A stretch of DNA of 64,000 nt from Escherichia coli. GTDB lineage: Bacteria > Pseudomonadota > Gammaproteobacteria > Enterobacterales > Enterobacteriaceae. The translations under genes were made by a program, and so were the position numbers. Below, piece after piece: positions 46,201-55,886 of the stretch (position 1 is its first letter; every line of letters starts with the position of its first letter). The DNA is taken from the NCBI RefSeq assembly GCF_036507355.1, contig NZ_AP027877.1, one strand, 5' to 3'. The notes beneath the pieces were generated by a model. That model was not told where the DNA came from and searched no databases. It was given only the letters and a program-made list of their open reading frames with translations.

Positions 46201-46583
46201 TGAAACAGTACCTTTTGTTCCGTGAATTTGAAGAACAGGTTGAAGCCCGTAAGCTCAGCGATATCCCGGATGCACTGGCGGTAAACAAGCATGCTCAGGC
46301 GTATTACGGTGTATTTAAAAAAGAGCTACCTGAGGTTTTTGCGGTAAACGACGTTCAGGTGCAGGATAAGTGGACCAAGCTGGCTTTTGAAGTGGACAAC
46401 ATTATCGTCAAAGCGGTGGCAGAAAACTCCCTGAACCCCCAGGACATTGAGAAAGTCGTTAAGACAAGTCTGCTACCACTGCTGTTTACGGCCTGCCGGG
46501 AAATTGGTGCCGGAATGAATCAGGTTAACCGTATTGTGGAAACCATCATCCAGATACTGCGCGTTGGTTTGATGAAATCATGA
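43296..46583 (+). CDS. hsdR: Type I restriction endonuclease subunit HsdR
   Basis: 1095 aa; Walker A TGSGKSYT and DEAH-like box DEGHRS. Confidence 0.92.
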   Translation: MMNQTYTPKFQEEYSAKIPALTLLTSLGWTFLSPKQIMDYRGYKQDEVVLRPVLREELSKRSFMAGGKTCQLSEKALDNLISQVCSPALNEGLLKANERMYNHLLYGIAVTEFVDGKKVNPTIALIDWEHPESNQFHFTEEFTVLRSGGVETRRPDIVCFVNGIPLAVIEAKSPAGHGKKGPTIDEGISQSIRNQLNDEIPQLFAYSQILLSINGHDGRYGTCHTPMKFWAAWREEDITYAQMYALRNHKLSTEQIHALFDDRPSVDLKWYQQLIDGGELAVSGQDKLLISLLSPERLLEMTRFFTLFDKKTGKIVARYQQVFGIKRLLERISTRRPDGGREGGVIWHTTGSGKSYTMVFLSKALILHDSLKQCRIVVVTDRVDLEGQLSGTFVSGGELAGKDDKAKAMATSGQKLAQQIGSGKERIIFTLIQKFNSATKLPECVNTSPDIIVLIDEGHRSQGGENHVRMKLALPNAAFVAFTGTPLLKEDKTTNKFGPIVHAYTMQRAVEDKAVTPLLYEERIPDLEVNDRAIDAWFDRITDGLSEAQKADLKRKYARKGEVYSADDRIRLIALDIATHFSKNIDEGLKGQLACDSKISAIKYKKYLDEAGLFESAVVISPPDTREGNTEVDESKLPEVTKWWKDNVGTQDESVYTRNIISRFDTDEKLKLLIVVDKLLTGFDEPKNTVLYIDKPLKSHNLIQAIARVNRLHPLKKFGLLIDYRGILAELDTTIGKYQDLASRTQGGYDIKDIDGLYSAMSSEYKRLPHLYNQLWAIFAGVKNKNDTEQLRAVLVPKMEERDGEMVDIHQKTRDDFFEALTAFAGCLKVALQSATFFTDKSFTEQDRNLYKETVKQMSSLRQWAMQVSGEQVNYDDYAEQVKKLLDKHVTGVEVREPDGVYEVGKMGKSEKPEEWDNNKTRNETDIIKTRVTKMIEQELRDDPYAQEAFSKLLRMAIEEAEKLFDHPLKQYLLFREFEEQVEARKLSDIPDALAVNKHAQAYYGVFKKELPEVFAVNDVQVQDKWTKLAFEVDNIIVKAVAENSLNPQDIEKVVKTSLLPLLFTACREIGAGMNQVNRIVETIIQILRVGLMKS

Positions 46584-47335
46584 GTGAAAAAGAATCGCCA
46601 TCAATGAAAGCGTTACGCATTGTCTATGGTGATGATGTCATCACCGTACAGTGTGTTCCGCGTCAGGTCGTAAAGGGCAGGGTGCTCATCAAGGTTTATC
46701 CGGACTGCCGGGTTGTGGCCTCTGTACCGCCTGAAACACCGGAGCACGAGGTATTGTCTGCGCTGAAAAAAAGAGGGCGCTGGATATACCAGCAACTGCG
46801 TGATTTCAGGGAGCAACAGACACACATTGTTCCGCGTCAGTATGTCAGCGGAGAAAGCCATTATTATCTCGGTAAGCAATATCAGTTGAAAGTGACAGAA
46901 GACGCTACTGTGCCGCAACGAGTGAAAATGTTGCGTGGGCGTCTGGAAGTGACTGTCAGACACAAATCGGCAGAAAAGATTAAAGCCTTGCTGGCTGAAT
47001 GGTATCGGGAACGTGCCAGAGATGTTTTTCAGCGCAGGCTTGATTTACTGATTCCGCAGACCCTTTGGGTCAGTGAGCGTCCTCCGATACGTCTGCGGGC
47101 GATGCAAACGCAATGGGGCAACTGTTCAGCAAAAGGCTGTCTGACCCTGAATCCATGGCTGGTTAAGGCATCCTCAGAATGTATCGATTATGTTTTGCTA
47201 CATGAGTTATGCCATGTGGCTGAGCACAACCACAGCGAGGAGTTTTACCGTCTGATGGGGCAGGTTATGCCTGGGTGGGAAAAGGTCAAGAAACGACTGG
47301 ATGGGATGGCTGGGATGTTGTTGGCTGATATGTAA
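46580..47335 (+). CDS. HExxH zinc metallopeptidase (M48/YgjP-like) after hsdR
   Basis: HELCH motif; ATGA overlap with the hsdR stop. Confidence 0.7.
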   Translation: MSEKESPSMKALRIVYGDDVITVQCVPRQVVKGRVLIKVYPDCRVVASVPPETPEHEVLSALKKRGRWIYQQLRDFREQQTHIVPRQYVSGESHYYLGKQYQLKVTEDATVPQRVKMLRGRLEVTVRHKSAEKIKALLAEWYRERARDVFQRRLDLLIPQTLWVSERPPIRLRAMQTQWGNCSAKGCLTLNPWLVKASSECIDYVLLHELCHVAEHNHSEEFYRLMGQVMPGWEKVKKRLDGMAGMLLADM

Positions 47336-47393
47336 CTTATCAATATGAGTTCTTAAGGGTTTGGTCAGTCTCGTTAATGTAGGGAGTATAATA

Positions 47394-49232
47394 ATGAGTA
47401 AGTTAGATAATAAAATTGAAGCACGCCATCGTAATTTGTTTGATGTTCTAAATGCGCAAAAATATACCGTTGATTACTTTCAGCGCGAGTATAGCTGGGG
47501 TGAGAAACATATTGAAGAGTTGGTTACAGACTTAACATCTGCGTTTCTCAATGAATACACCGTCGGTGATTCTCGGGAGCAGGGTGAAAACTACAATAAT
47601 TATTACTTAGGACCATTTGTTGTGAGTAGTAAAGATGGGAAACGGAGTATTATTGATGGTCAGCAACGACTGACTTCATTAACTTTATTTCTAATTTACC
47701 TCCATAACCTTCAGAAAGAACTTAAATATGAAGAGAAAATAGAATCAATGATTTTCTCCGAGTTACGTGGCAGCAAATCATTCAATATAGTAGTTGAAGA
47801 CAGAATACCTTGCATGGAAGCATTGTTTAATTTTGGTAGCTATAGTTTAGTTGATGGGGATGATGAGTCAACCCATAACATGGTGGAGAGATATCAGAAT
47901 ATCACAGATGCTTTTCCTGATGAATTAAAAGGTCAGGCTTTTCCTTTTTTTATCGACTGGCTTAAGTATAACGTTATTATGGTTGAGATAGTTGCCTATT
48001 CAGATGAAAACGCATATACCATCTTTGAGACTATGAATGACCGAGGATTAAATCTTACTCCGTCCGAAATGCTTAAAGGTTTTTTACTTTCACGCTTTCA
48101 TCAGGGAGATAAACGCCAAAAGGTAAATGAACTCTGGAAAAAAGCGATGATGGATTTAAAAAACTATGATAAAGATGAAGACCAACGTTTTTTCCAGTCA
48201 TGGTTGCGTGCTCAATATGCTGATACAATACGCCCGGGTAAAGCTGGTTCAAAAAATGAAGACTTTGAAAAAATAGGTACGCGTTTTCATAGCTGGGTTA
48301 GAGATAATCTTCAGGCGGTGGGATTGGACCCAGATAATGGTGAGACATTCGAACGATTTATACAAAAAAACTTTTTGTTTTATTTGAATGCCTATACACA
48401 AATACTGAATGCTGAGAGAGCATTAACGCACCAACTGGAATATGTATTTTATATCCACCATTGGGGTATTGCACCTACTTTAAGTTTCCCTTTGATGTTG
48501 GCTCCATTAAATGTAGGTGACAGTCCTGATGCTGTGATAGCCAAAATAAACCTGGTGGCGCGCTATATTGAAACATTTGTTGTTCGTCGTTCTGTTAATT
48601 TCCGAAAATTCTCTGCCAGTTCTATTCGTTACACAATGTACAGTCTTGTTAAAGAAATTCGTGGTAAAAGTATTGAAGAATTAAAAGATTTGTTATCTAA
48701 GAAGTTATCCGAAATGCCAGATACTTTTGCAGGAATGGAAGAGTTTCGTCTCCATGGTCAAAACTATCGTTTTGTGAAGTTTTTGCTTTCTCGTATAACT
48801 GCGTGGGTTGAGCAGCAAGCCGGAATGAGTACAACCTTCATTACATATTATCAGCCAGAACACGGTAAGCCATTTGAAGTCGAGCATATTTGGGCCGATA
48901 AATATGAACGTTACTCTGATGAGTTTGAACAAGAGCACGAATTTAACAATTACAGAAATCGCTTAGGTGATTTGGTTTTATTACCTAGAGGCTCAAACCA
49001 GTCATATGGTGATTTGTGTTACGATCAAAAGCAACCTCATTACATCAAAGAGAATCTCCTGGCTAAATCGTTATGCCCATTGGCATATATGAATAACCCT
49101 AATTTCAATCAGTTGAGAAATGTATTCGGATTGCCTTTCAAACCACATGATTCATTTAAAAAACAAGATGTCGATGAACGACAGTCTTTGTATAAAATAA
49201 TTTGTGAGAATATTTGGGACCATAATTTATAG
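47394..49232 (+). CDS. GmrSD-like DUF262/DUF1524 nuclease (type IV restriction-like)
   Basis: N-terminal DGQQR hallmark (IIDGQQRLTSL) and C-terminal His-Me-finger-like FEVEHIWAD; GGGAG RBS before ATG 47394. Confidence 0.7.
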   Translation: MSKLDNKIEARHRNLFDVLNAQKYTVDYFQREYSWGEKHIEELVTDLTSAFLNEYTVGDSREQGENYNNYYLGPFVVSSKDGKRSIIDGQQRLTSLTLFLIYLHNLQKELKYEEKIESMIFSELRGSKSFNIVVEDRIPCMEALFNFGSYSLVDGDDESTHNMVERYQNITDAFPDELKGQAFPFFIDWLKYNVIMVEIVAYSDENAYTIFETMNDRGLNLTPSEMLKGFLLSRFHQGDKRQKVNELWKKAMMDLKNYDKDEDQRFFQSWLRAQYADTIRPGKAGSKNEDFEKIGTRFHSWVRDNLQAVGLDPDNGETFERFIQKNFLFYLNAYTQILNAERALTHQLEYVFYIHHWGIAPTLSFPLMLAPLNVGDSPDAVIAKINLVARYIETFVVRRSVNFRKFSASSIRYTMYSLVKEIRGKSIEELKDLLSKKLSEMPDTFAGMEEFRLHGQNYRFVKFLLSRITAWVEQQAGMSTTFITYYQPEHGKPFEVEHIWADKYERYSDEFEQEHEFNNYRNRLGDLVLLPRGSNQSYGDLCYDQKQPHYIKENLLAKSLCPLAYMNNPNFNQLRNVFGLPFKPHDSFKKQDVDERQSLYKIICENIWDHNL

Positions 49233-49290
49233 CAAAGTTAGGGTGTTAATTAATCTGTAATGGCATCATGATTTTTAAAAGGAGGTTGAA

Positions 49291-50418
49291 TTGCGTTCTG
49301 AAACGTTTTTTGTCAAATTTATTGAACAACTGAAAGGTATTTCGGTTGAGGATGATGTTGAATTCAATTTTTTTGAATTGGGTGGTTCCGGATATCTCGA
49401 AAATCCAACTACGGATTTGATGGCTTTGTTTATGGGAGCCCAGAAAATGGTGCCGCCATGGTTGCTCAAAGCATTGCTATGTTGCCTGGATGATTCCCTC
49501 GATGTTGATGAAATTGATTTCACTTCTCTGGAGCTAATGAGAGAGGCCCGAACAGAAGATGGGAAATATATTGATATTCTTATCAGACATGATGAATTCA
49601 TTATAGGTATTGAGCATAAAGTTCTGGCTGATACATATAATCCTTTTCCCAGCTATGTAAGTCTCATTGATAGTTACGGCGGCAACAATCAAAAACTATT
49701 TCGCTGTATATTAAAGCCTGACGGTAACAGCGCTAAAGGCGTAGACGGTTGGCAACTGATCAATTATTCACTGCTGCTGGAAACCGCCATTCGACGTCTG
49801 GGGTTGGAGATGATGAATCAAGAGTTCAGCAAGTGGACTGTTTTTTATCAGGAGTTTTTAAGTCATCTTAAAAAATTGAGTGAGGTTAGTATGGATAAGG
49901 TATCTGATAAAAATGTGGAGTTTGTCACTGAAAATTTCTCAGCTTTGATAAAATCGGTTCAACTGCTGGAAATGTACCAAAATGCTATCACCGAGGAAGC
50001 TAAATCGGTTGTCTCAGAGGTATTGCCTGATATTCATATTGCAACAGGTATTAATAACTGGAAGGGTTACTATAAAGCAATTCATCTGATGCCGGGATGC
50101 TGGGGGCAAGGTAAAACAGGAATTACGTTAGTTTATCGCCCTTCAGAGGATGGACGAGATGAAGCTGAGTTCTACGTATATGGATGGATACATTCAGATG
50201 ATTACCCTGAAGTTAATGCACTAAAAGAAGAAATAAGAGTTGCTTTAAGTGCTGGAGATTTCATTCCAACAGCTAGCCCTGAGGACTATGAAGTATCAAT
50301 TACTGGGAAGGGGAAAGTGCTTGAACTGAGTTTTTGGGGGAATACGAGAAGCAAAAAAGATGCACTGGTTCTTCTTAAGGATATGACTAAGTGGATGGAC
50401 TCAAAAATAAGAACATAA
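49291..50418 (+). CDS. PD-(D/E)xK-type nuclease-fold protein (TTG start)
   Basis: Candidate catalytic core ...GKYIDILIRHDEFIIGIEHKV (D...ExK); AAGGAGG RBS. Confidence 0.55.
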   Translation: MRSETFFVKFIEQLKGISVEDDVEFNFFELGGSGYLENPTTDLMALFMGAQKMVPPWLLKALLCCLDDSLDVDEIDFTSLELMREARTEDGKYIDILIRHDEFIIGIEHKVLADTYNPFPSYVSLIDSYGGNNQKLFRCILKPDGNSAKGVDGWQLINYSLLLETAIRRLGLEMMNQEFSKWTVFYQEFLSHLKKLSEVSMDKVSDKNVEFVTENFSALIKSVQLLEMYQNAITEEAKSVVSEVLPDIHIATGINNWKGYYKAIHLMPGCWGQGKTGITLVYRPSEDGRDEAEFYVYGWIHSDDYPEVNALKEEIRVALSAGDFIPTASPEDYEVSITGKGKVLELSFWGNTRSKKDALVLLKDMTKWMDSKIRT

Positions 50419-50522
50419 AGTAATATGACTGAGTGATGACGATCTTTTTTAAATTGTGGATTATTAGGCTGGTAATTGAAGCGCCGAATAGACAGATATT
50501 GGAATAAAAGGAGAATATTCAA

Positions 50523-51704
50523 ATGATTTATCAGTGTGATACTTGCAGTAGAACGACTTTTGAGGTTAATTGTCCCTGGTGTAGTGGAGTTTCGCCTGTA
50601 AAAACGTCTGCATGGGGTTCAGCATCATCGACCGCACAAGCAATAGGCATACAACGTATGACACCATTGAATCCATCGTTTTATCCCGAATTTCAGTATC
50701 GTTCAAAGGGTGTTCTAAAAGATCTATTTGGGAAAAAGAAAGAGCAAACTCAGCTTAATCAATTGCTTGAAAATGTTCTCAAAAAATACTCCAGTTTAAA
50801 AGATCCATATTTTACTAACTTCATTTACACTTCCAGATTCTCACATAATAATAAATCGGAAGCAGATTACTCAACAGATAATGGTACATACTCCGAATTA
50901 CAACTTTTCCGTGAGGTGTTGGTCAGAAAAGGGTTCAATGAGCTTGAGCAGTTACCTGAGCTATTAGATAAATTACTCCTTACCACGTCATTTAACGCTC
51001 TTTATTATGGTTTCGCTAAGGAAGTTAAACGGCATATTAAATCCACACTTACTGAATCCTTGAAGTCATGGATTGAGGAAGCGGGTACCACTTTTAGGGC
51101 AGATCTTTCATTGTTTCTATTCTATATATGGAGCAATAAAATAGAGTTCTCATCAGTAGAGTTCAATGAAAAAGCGGAGGCTACGCCTGGTGTTCCTTTA
51201 GTTTCATTTGATGAAGTTAAAAAATACTTAGCTGTGTGCGAACATATTTATTTTGATATTCTGGTTGATAGATTAGCTACACGGCTCGAACATTTTAACC
51301 CTAACAAATTCGTCACCATGTATTTAGTTGATGCAATGGACGGTTTCCAGTTTGAAGATTTCCTTGTGGAAGTATTCCAGACTATGGGCTATGACGTCAA
51401 AGAAACCAAGAGAACGCAAGATCAGGGGGCAGATCTCTTCGTCACTCGATTTGGTAAGGATATGGTTATTCAGGCGAAAAATTATTCTGGTTCTGTAGGT
51501 AACTCGGCGGTGCAGCAGGTGATCTCTGCTAAAACATTCTATGGTTGTGATGAGGCGATGGTTGTGACTAATTCCTACTTCACACGCTCTGCCAAAGAAT
51601 TAGCTGAATCAGCCTTGGTACGTTTGATCGACAGGGATGAACTGCAAAAGTATCTGGATGATTACAATCAGAAGATAATTGAAGATTTCCAGTCAAACTC
51701 GTAA
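50523..51704 (+). CDS. Zinc-ribbon protein with C-terminal Mrr-like restriction endonuclease domain
   Basis: N-terminal CDTCS...CPWC; C-terminal ...GADLFVTRFGKDMVIQAKNYSGSVG... resembles the Mrr catalytic domain. Confidence 0.6.
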   Translation: MIYQCDTCSRTTFEVNCPWCSGVSPVKTSAWGSASSTAQAIGIQRMTPLNPSFYPEFQYRSKGVLKDLFGKKKEQTQLNQLLENVLKKYSSLKDPYFTNFIYTSRFSHNNKSEADYSTDNGTYSELQLFREVLVRKGFNELEQLPELLDKLLLTTSFNALYYGFAKEVKRHIKSTLTESLKSWIEEAGTTFRADLSLFLFYIWSNKIEFSSVEFNEKAEATPGVPLVSFDEVKKYLAVCEHIYFDILVDRLATRLEHFNPNKFVTMYLVDAMDGFQFEDFLVEVFQTMGYDVKETKRTQDQGADLFVTRFGKDMVIQAKNYSGSVGNSAVQQVISAKTFYGCDEAMVVTNSYFTRSAKELAESALVRLIDRDELQKYLDDYNQKIIEDFQSNS

Positions 51705-51889
51705 CTTTGCAGTCATATAGATATAGCAAAGGACAGGTAGGCCTCCGTGAGAGGGGGACTTACCTGTGCAGATTCTGTGCTCAAAGTTATCCAAGTCTAT
51801 CTATTTACTGCCAATTACAGTAAAATGAGTAAGCAATTACAGCAAAGTTTCGCAATGCACTGCTATGTAACTCATTGATCCTGCGTAGA

Positions 51890-52022
51890 ATTTAAAATCC
51901 CTCGGCGTTCGCGCTGTGCGGGTTCAAGTCCCGCTCCGGGTACCATGGGAAAGATAAGAATAAAATCAAAGCAATAAGCAGTGTCGTGAAACCACCTTCG
52001 GGTGGTTTTTTTGTGCCTGCAA
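51890..52022 (+). repeat. Right direct repeat (attR): copy of tRNA-Leu 3' half plus terminator
   Basis: Matches 25675-25805 with a few mismatches and a 2-bp indel; begins inside the anticodon arm, so no complete tRNA here. Confidence 0.85.
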
Positions 52023-52140
52023 CTTGTCGTTACACCCTCCTTAATTTTTAATCACCGGCAAAGCCACTCAAAAAGTATCTCTGATACGGACCGGCATGTA
52101 AGATAGGTGTTGGCGAGTTGAGATCCACAAGGAAAAGCGT

Positions 52141-52806
52141 ATGAAAACGGGACCGTTAAACGAAAGTGAGTTGGAATGGCTGGACGATATTCTGACCAAA
52201 TACAACACTGACCACGCCATCCTTGATGTGGCGGAGCTGGACGGTTTATTGACGGCGGTGTTGAGTTCTCCGCAAGAGATTGAACCGGCACAGTGGCTGG
52301 TTGCCGTGTGGGGTGGGGCTGACTATGTGCCGCGCTGGGCGTCAGAGAAAGAGATGACGCGCTTTATGAACCTGGCTTTTCAACATATGGCCGATACCGC
52401 AGAGCGTCTGAACGAATTCCCGGAGCAGTTTGAGCCGTTATTCGGCTTGCGAGAAGTTGATGGCAGCGAGCTGACGATTGTTGAGGAGTGGTGCTTTGGC
52501 TATATGCGGGGCGTGGCACTTTCTGACTGGTCAACATTGCCCGATTCGTTAAAACCAGCGCTGGAGGCGATAGCGCTGCACGGTACTGAGGAAAACTTCG
52601 AGCGGGTAGAGAAGATGTCGCCAGAAGCGTTTGAAGAGAGCGTAGATGCCATTCGACTGGCGGCGCTTGATCTACATGCGTACTGGATGGCGCATCCGCA
52701 GGAAAAAGCTGTTCAGCAACCGATCATAGCAGAAGAGAAACCGGGGCGTAACGATCCTTGCCCGTGCGGTAGTGGTAAGAAATTTAAGCAGTGCTGCCTG
52801 CATTAA
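52141..52806 (+). CDS. yecA: UPF0149 SEC-C-motif protein YecA
   Basis: 221 aa ending [20 protein letters not shown]; leuZ-adjacent position restored once the island is ignored. Confidence 0.9.
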   Translation: MKTGPLNESELEWLDDILTKYNTDHAILDVAELDGLLTAVLSSPQEIEPAQWLVAVWGGADYVPRWASEKEMTRFMNLAFQHMADTAERLNEFPEQFEPLFGLREVDGSELTIVEEWCFGYMRGVALSDWSTLPDSLKPALEAIALHGTEENFERVEKMSPEAFEESVDAIRLAALDLHAYWMAHPQEKAVQQPIIAEEKPGRNDPCPCGSGKKFKQCCLH

Positions 52807-52815
52807 GAAGTCAAA

Positions 52816-52845
52816 TTGGGTGTCAGCGTTAATTCTGGCACCCAA
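52816..52845. terminator. Hairpin between convergent yecA and tyrP
   Basis: TTGGGTG...CACCCAA inverted repeat. Confidence 0.45.
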
Positions 52846-52867
52846 TAAGGAATTTGAGGCTATCTAA

Positions 52868-54079
52868 TCACCCCACTTCTGGTAACAACCCTGCCGCAAT
52901 CAAAAATTGCACGCCAATCACAGCAATACCACAGAGAAACACCACCACCAGCGCCGGACGACCACCTTTGACCCGGTAACCCGCTTGAGGATTGTGCTTT
53001 CTGCTTTGCCAGGTCAACAGCGAAGGGATAATCAATGCCAGTACCGCCAGCGCCACACCGGCGTAACCCAGCGCCATCACAAATCCTCGTGGATAAAACA
53101 GTGCAAACGCCAACGGCGGCAGAAAGGTAATTGCACCAGTTTGCAATCTTCCACCAACGGTATTTGAACGCTGAAACAAATCAGCCAGATAATCAAATAA
53201 GCCTAACGCAACGCCGAGAAATGACGTGGCGAGGGCTAAATCAGCAAATAAATGCACTGCCAGCTCAACATGCGGAGAGGCCACCATTTCGCGTAACGCC
53301 TGTAACAGCCCGTTTAATCCGGCATGATTAGCCAGCAATCCCATAAAGGTTGTTGAATCAATGCTGCCAAGCGTCGCCACCTGCCAGAAAATATATGCCA
53401 CCAGGGGGATCGCACTACCGGTTATAAACACCCAGCGTAGCTTACGAATGTTGCCATCCATATAGCTGACAATACTCGGCACGCTACCGTGAAAACCAAA
53501 CGACGTAAAAATCACCGGGATTGCAGACAGTGCCAGCCCCTGTTGCAACGGCAGGGTTAAAAGATTCACTTTGTGAATATGCGGTAGCAGCAATACCAGC
53601 ATCACCACCAGAAAAATAATTTTGGCGCTGAACAGAAAACGGTTAAATAAATCGACCAGCGATGTTCCAACACAAACCACGCCACCGGCAACAAAAGTGA
53701 ACAACAGCACGCCAGCGGTTGCCGACATTGAAATACCTGTCCAGTCGCTGATGCTGGAGGCCAACAATTCACCGGCACCGCTGATGTATGCCGCAGTCAG
53801 AGCATACATTAAGAACATCATACTGAAGCCCGTCAGCCATTGACCGTAGCGTCCCAGATAGCGTTTTGCCAGCGTGCCCAGACCGGTATCTGCCGGAACA
53901 TGCTGGTACACCTCCAGCAGTAATAGCGCCGTGTAGCACATCAACGCCCAAAGCCCAATCAACAAGATTAACGTAACGCTAAAACCAACACCGGCCGCAG
54001 CCAGCGGCATTGCCAGCATGCCTGCGCCAATTGTGGTTCCCGCCACGATAAAAACACTTCCCAGGGTTCTGTTTTTCAC
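52868..54079 (-). CDS. tyrP: Tyrosine-specific transporter TyrP
   Basis: 403-aa polytopic permease recognised as TyrP. Confidence 0.92.
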   Translation of the reverse strand: MKNRTLGSVFIVAGTTIGAGMLAMPLAAAGVGFSVTLILLIGLWALMCYTALLLLEVYQHVPADTGLGTLAKRYLGRYGQWLTGFSMMFLMYALTAAYISGAGELLASSISDWTGISMSATAGVLLFTFVAGGVVCVGTSLVDLFNRFLFSAKIIFLVVMLVLLLPHIHKVNLLTLPLQQGLALSAIPVIFTSFGFHGSVPSIVSYMDGNIRKLRWVFITGSAIPLVAYIFWQVATLGSIDSTTFMGLLANHAGLNGLLQALREMVASPHVELAVHLFADLALATSFLGVALGLFDYLADLFQRSNTVGGRLQTGAITFLPPLAFALFYPRGFVMALGYAGVALAVLALIIPSLLTWQSRKHNPQAGYRVKGGRPALVVVFLCGIAVIGVQFLIAAGLLPEVG

Positions 54080-54269
54080 GCTTTCTTCTGTCCTGACGAT
54101 CTTTATGAGTGATATCTGCGGCGCAGGTTAAGGCATAACGGCTGCTTCGTCAAACCGACGTTACATATGGTGTAAATATAAATGTACAATAAAAAGCATT
54201 CAGTCCTGCGCTGGCGCAAAGTCTTCATAAGCGGCAATCGCTACGCTAGGCTTTTTTTGAGGAGGAACG

Positions 54270-54509
54270 ATGGACTCTATTCACGGTCATGAAGTGTTAA
54301 ATATGATGATTGAATCAGGCGAGCAATATACGCATGCCAGTCTGGAAGCTGCGATTAAAGCGCGTTTTGGTGAACAGGCACGTTTTCACACCTGCTCGGC
54401 AGAAGGGATGACAGCGGGAGAGCTGGTAGCGTTTCTGGCAGCAAAAGGCAAATTTATACCTTCAGAAGACGGTTTTTCGACCGATCAGAGTAAGATTTGC
54501 CGTCACTGA
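54270..54509 (+). CDS. yecH: Small protein YecH
   Basis: 79-aa ORF in the conserved position next to ftnA. Confidence 0.75.
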   Translation: MDSIHGHEVLNMMIESGEQYTHASLEAAIKARFGEQARFHTCSAEGMTAGELVAFLAAKGKFIPSEDGFSTDQSKICRH

Positions 54510-54516
54510 TTTGAAA

Positions 54517-54538
54517 CGGCGGCAGAAACCTGCCGCCG
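54517..54538. terminator. Hairpin between convergent yecH and ftnA
   Basis: CGGCGGCAG-AAAC-CTGCCGCCG. Confidence 0.5.
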
Positions 54539-54545
54539 GAGAGCA

Positions 54546-55043
54546 TTAGTTTTGTGTGTCGAGGGTAGAGAGTTCTTTGTCGATAAAATACAGACCTTCG
54601 CCGCTTTTGCCTGCCAGGCTTAATTTATCAATAATCGATTTGAACAGTTTCTCTTCTTCATGCTGCTCAGAAACATACCACTGCAGGAAATTAAATGTTG
54701 GGTAGTCCTGATTGGTCATTGCAGCATGAGCCAGTTCGTTAATTTTCTGGGTGATTAATTGTTCGTGTTTATAGGTTTCCTGGAATAATTCATCAAGTGA
54801 GGAATATTCAGCAAACGGAGATTCAACGGTATTAATACGCGGTAAATTGCCGGTATCAGTCAGGTAATCAAACAGACGCTGCATATGCGTCATCTCTTCC
54901 TGGGCGTGACGGCGCAGGAACGCGGCAGCACCTTCGAAGGTATGATAGCTGCACCAGGCGCTCATTTGCTGATAAAGCAGTGAAGAGTACAGTTCCAGGT
55001 TCATCTGCTCATTAAGTTTTTCAATCATTTCTGGTTTCAGCAT
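54546..55043 (-). CDS. ftnA: Ferritin FtnA
   Basis: Product begins [30 protein letters not shown]; the listed ORF has 5 extra N-terminal codons. Confidence 0.9.
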
Positions 55044-55213
55044 GATAGTGCTCCACAAAGGTTATATTTGTTGCTGTGGCGTCACTATAATTTGTTATTT
55101 TATTATTTGCAAAAGGTAAAATATAAACTTCAATTATTAAAAATACGAATGGGAATAAAACGCATTACCGCTATTTCTTTAATCAGCGAAGATCCCCTCG
55201 CTGATTAAAATAT

Positions 55214-55537
55214 TTAGAGAAAGACAGGGAAGGCGGAATGATGGCACTGATATGACAAAGTGAATTCCGTATTCAAACATAAGGAACCCGCAAAAAGGCT
55301 ACAGTTGCCTACTGGCTGACCAAAGGGGATCGCGTGGGTATAGCCTTCCTGTTGGCATGCGCGATCGGCGATCCCGCGACTGACATAACGATCGGTATGG
55401 GCATGCTGCAAAAAAGCCTGGTCATAAACCAACCGTACAATACCTGTTGCCGCGTCAACTTCGCTCACATGGGCCTGGCGAGTAACCGTACACCCCGCCA
55501 GCGTTATTAATGAAAGAGTCAGAATCAGAAGTCTCAT
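55214..55537 (-). CDS. yecR: Lipoprotein YecR
   Basis: 107 aa with lipobox (LAGC). Confidence 0.75.
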   Translation of the reverse strand: MRLLILTLSLITLAGCTVTRQAHVSEVDAATGIVRLVYDQAFLQHAHTDRYVSRGIADRACQQEGYTHAIPFGQPVGNCSLFAGSLCLNTEFTLSYQCHHSAFPVFL

Positions 55538-55799
55538 GGTCCAGCCAGAAGAGTAAGAGAAAGCACTATTTTACGCGTTACAGCGCTGCGACAATGGCCG
55601 GAAAAGACGCCTGGCAGGCGCTATTTCTTGCCATCTGTAGGTGTCAGAAATAGGGGGGCTGTTTTTTGATTATCATTTTTATAACATTAAAGGGGTATTT
55701 ATGTGATTTGTATCACATAAAGATTGATTTTTGTGATGGTTGTCATATTATAAGCGCAAAGACAATAACACCTGTATAACAAATGGTCGGAGTGCCGCG

Positions 55800-55886
55800 A
55801 TGAAACTGCGCAAAATCCTGAAAAGTATGTTCAATAACTATTGCAAGACGTTCAAAGACGTACCGCCAGGCAATATGTTCCGATAA
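55800..55886 (+). CDS. azuC: Small membrane-associated protein AzuC (28 aa)
   Basis: ATG at 55800 encodes MKLRKILKSMFNNYCKTFKDVPPGNMFR; too short for the ORF track. Confidence 0.7.
   Translation: MKLRKILKSMFNNYCKTFKDVPPGNMFR

Larger units (their letters stand above)
25731..52022 (+). mobile_element. Pipolin-type integrative element (~26 kb) inserted at leuZ
   Basis: Flanking direct repeats, two tyrosine recombinases, AlpA-like gene, piPolB-type family-B polymerase, UDG-like gene, R-M cargo; leuZ and yecA are otherwise adjacent in E. coli K-12. Confidence 0.85.
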
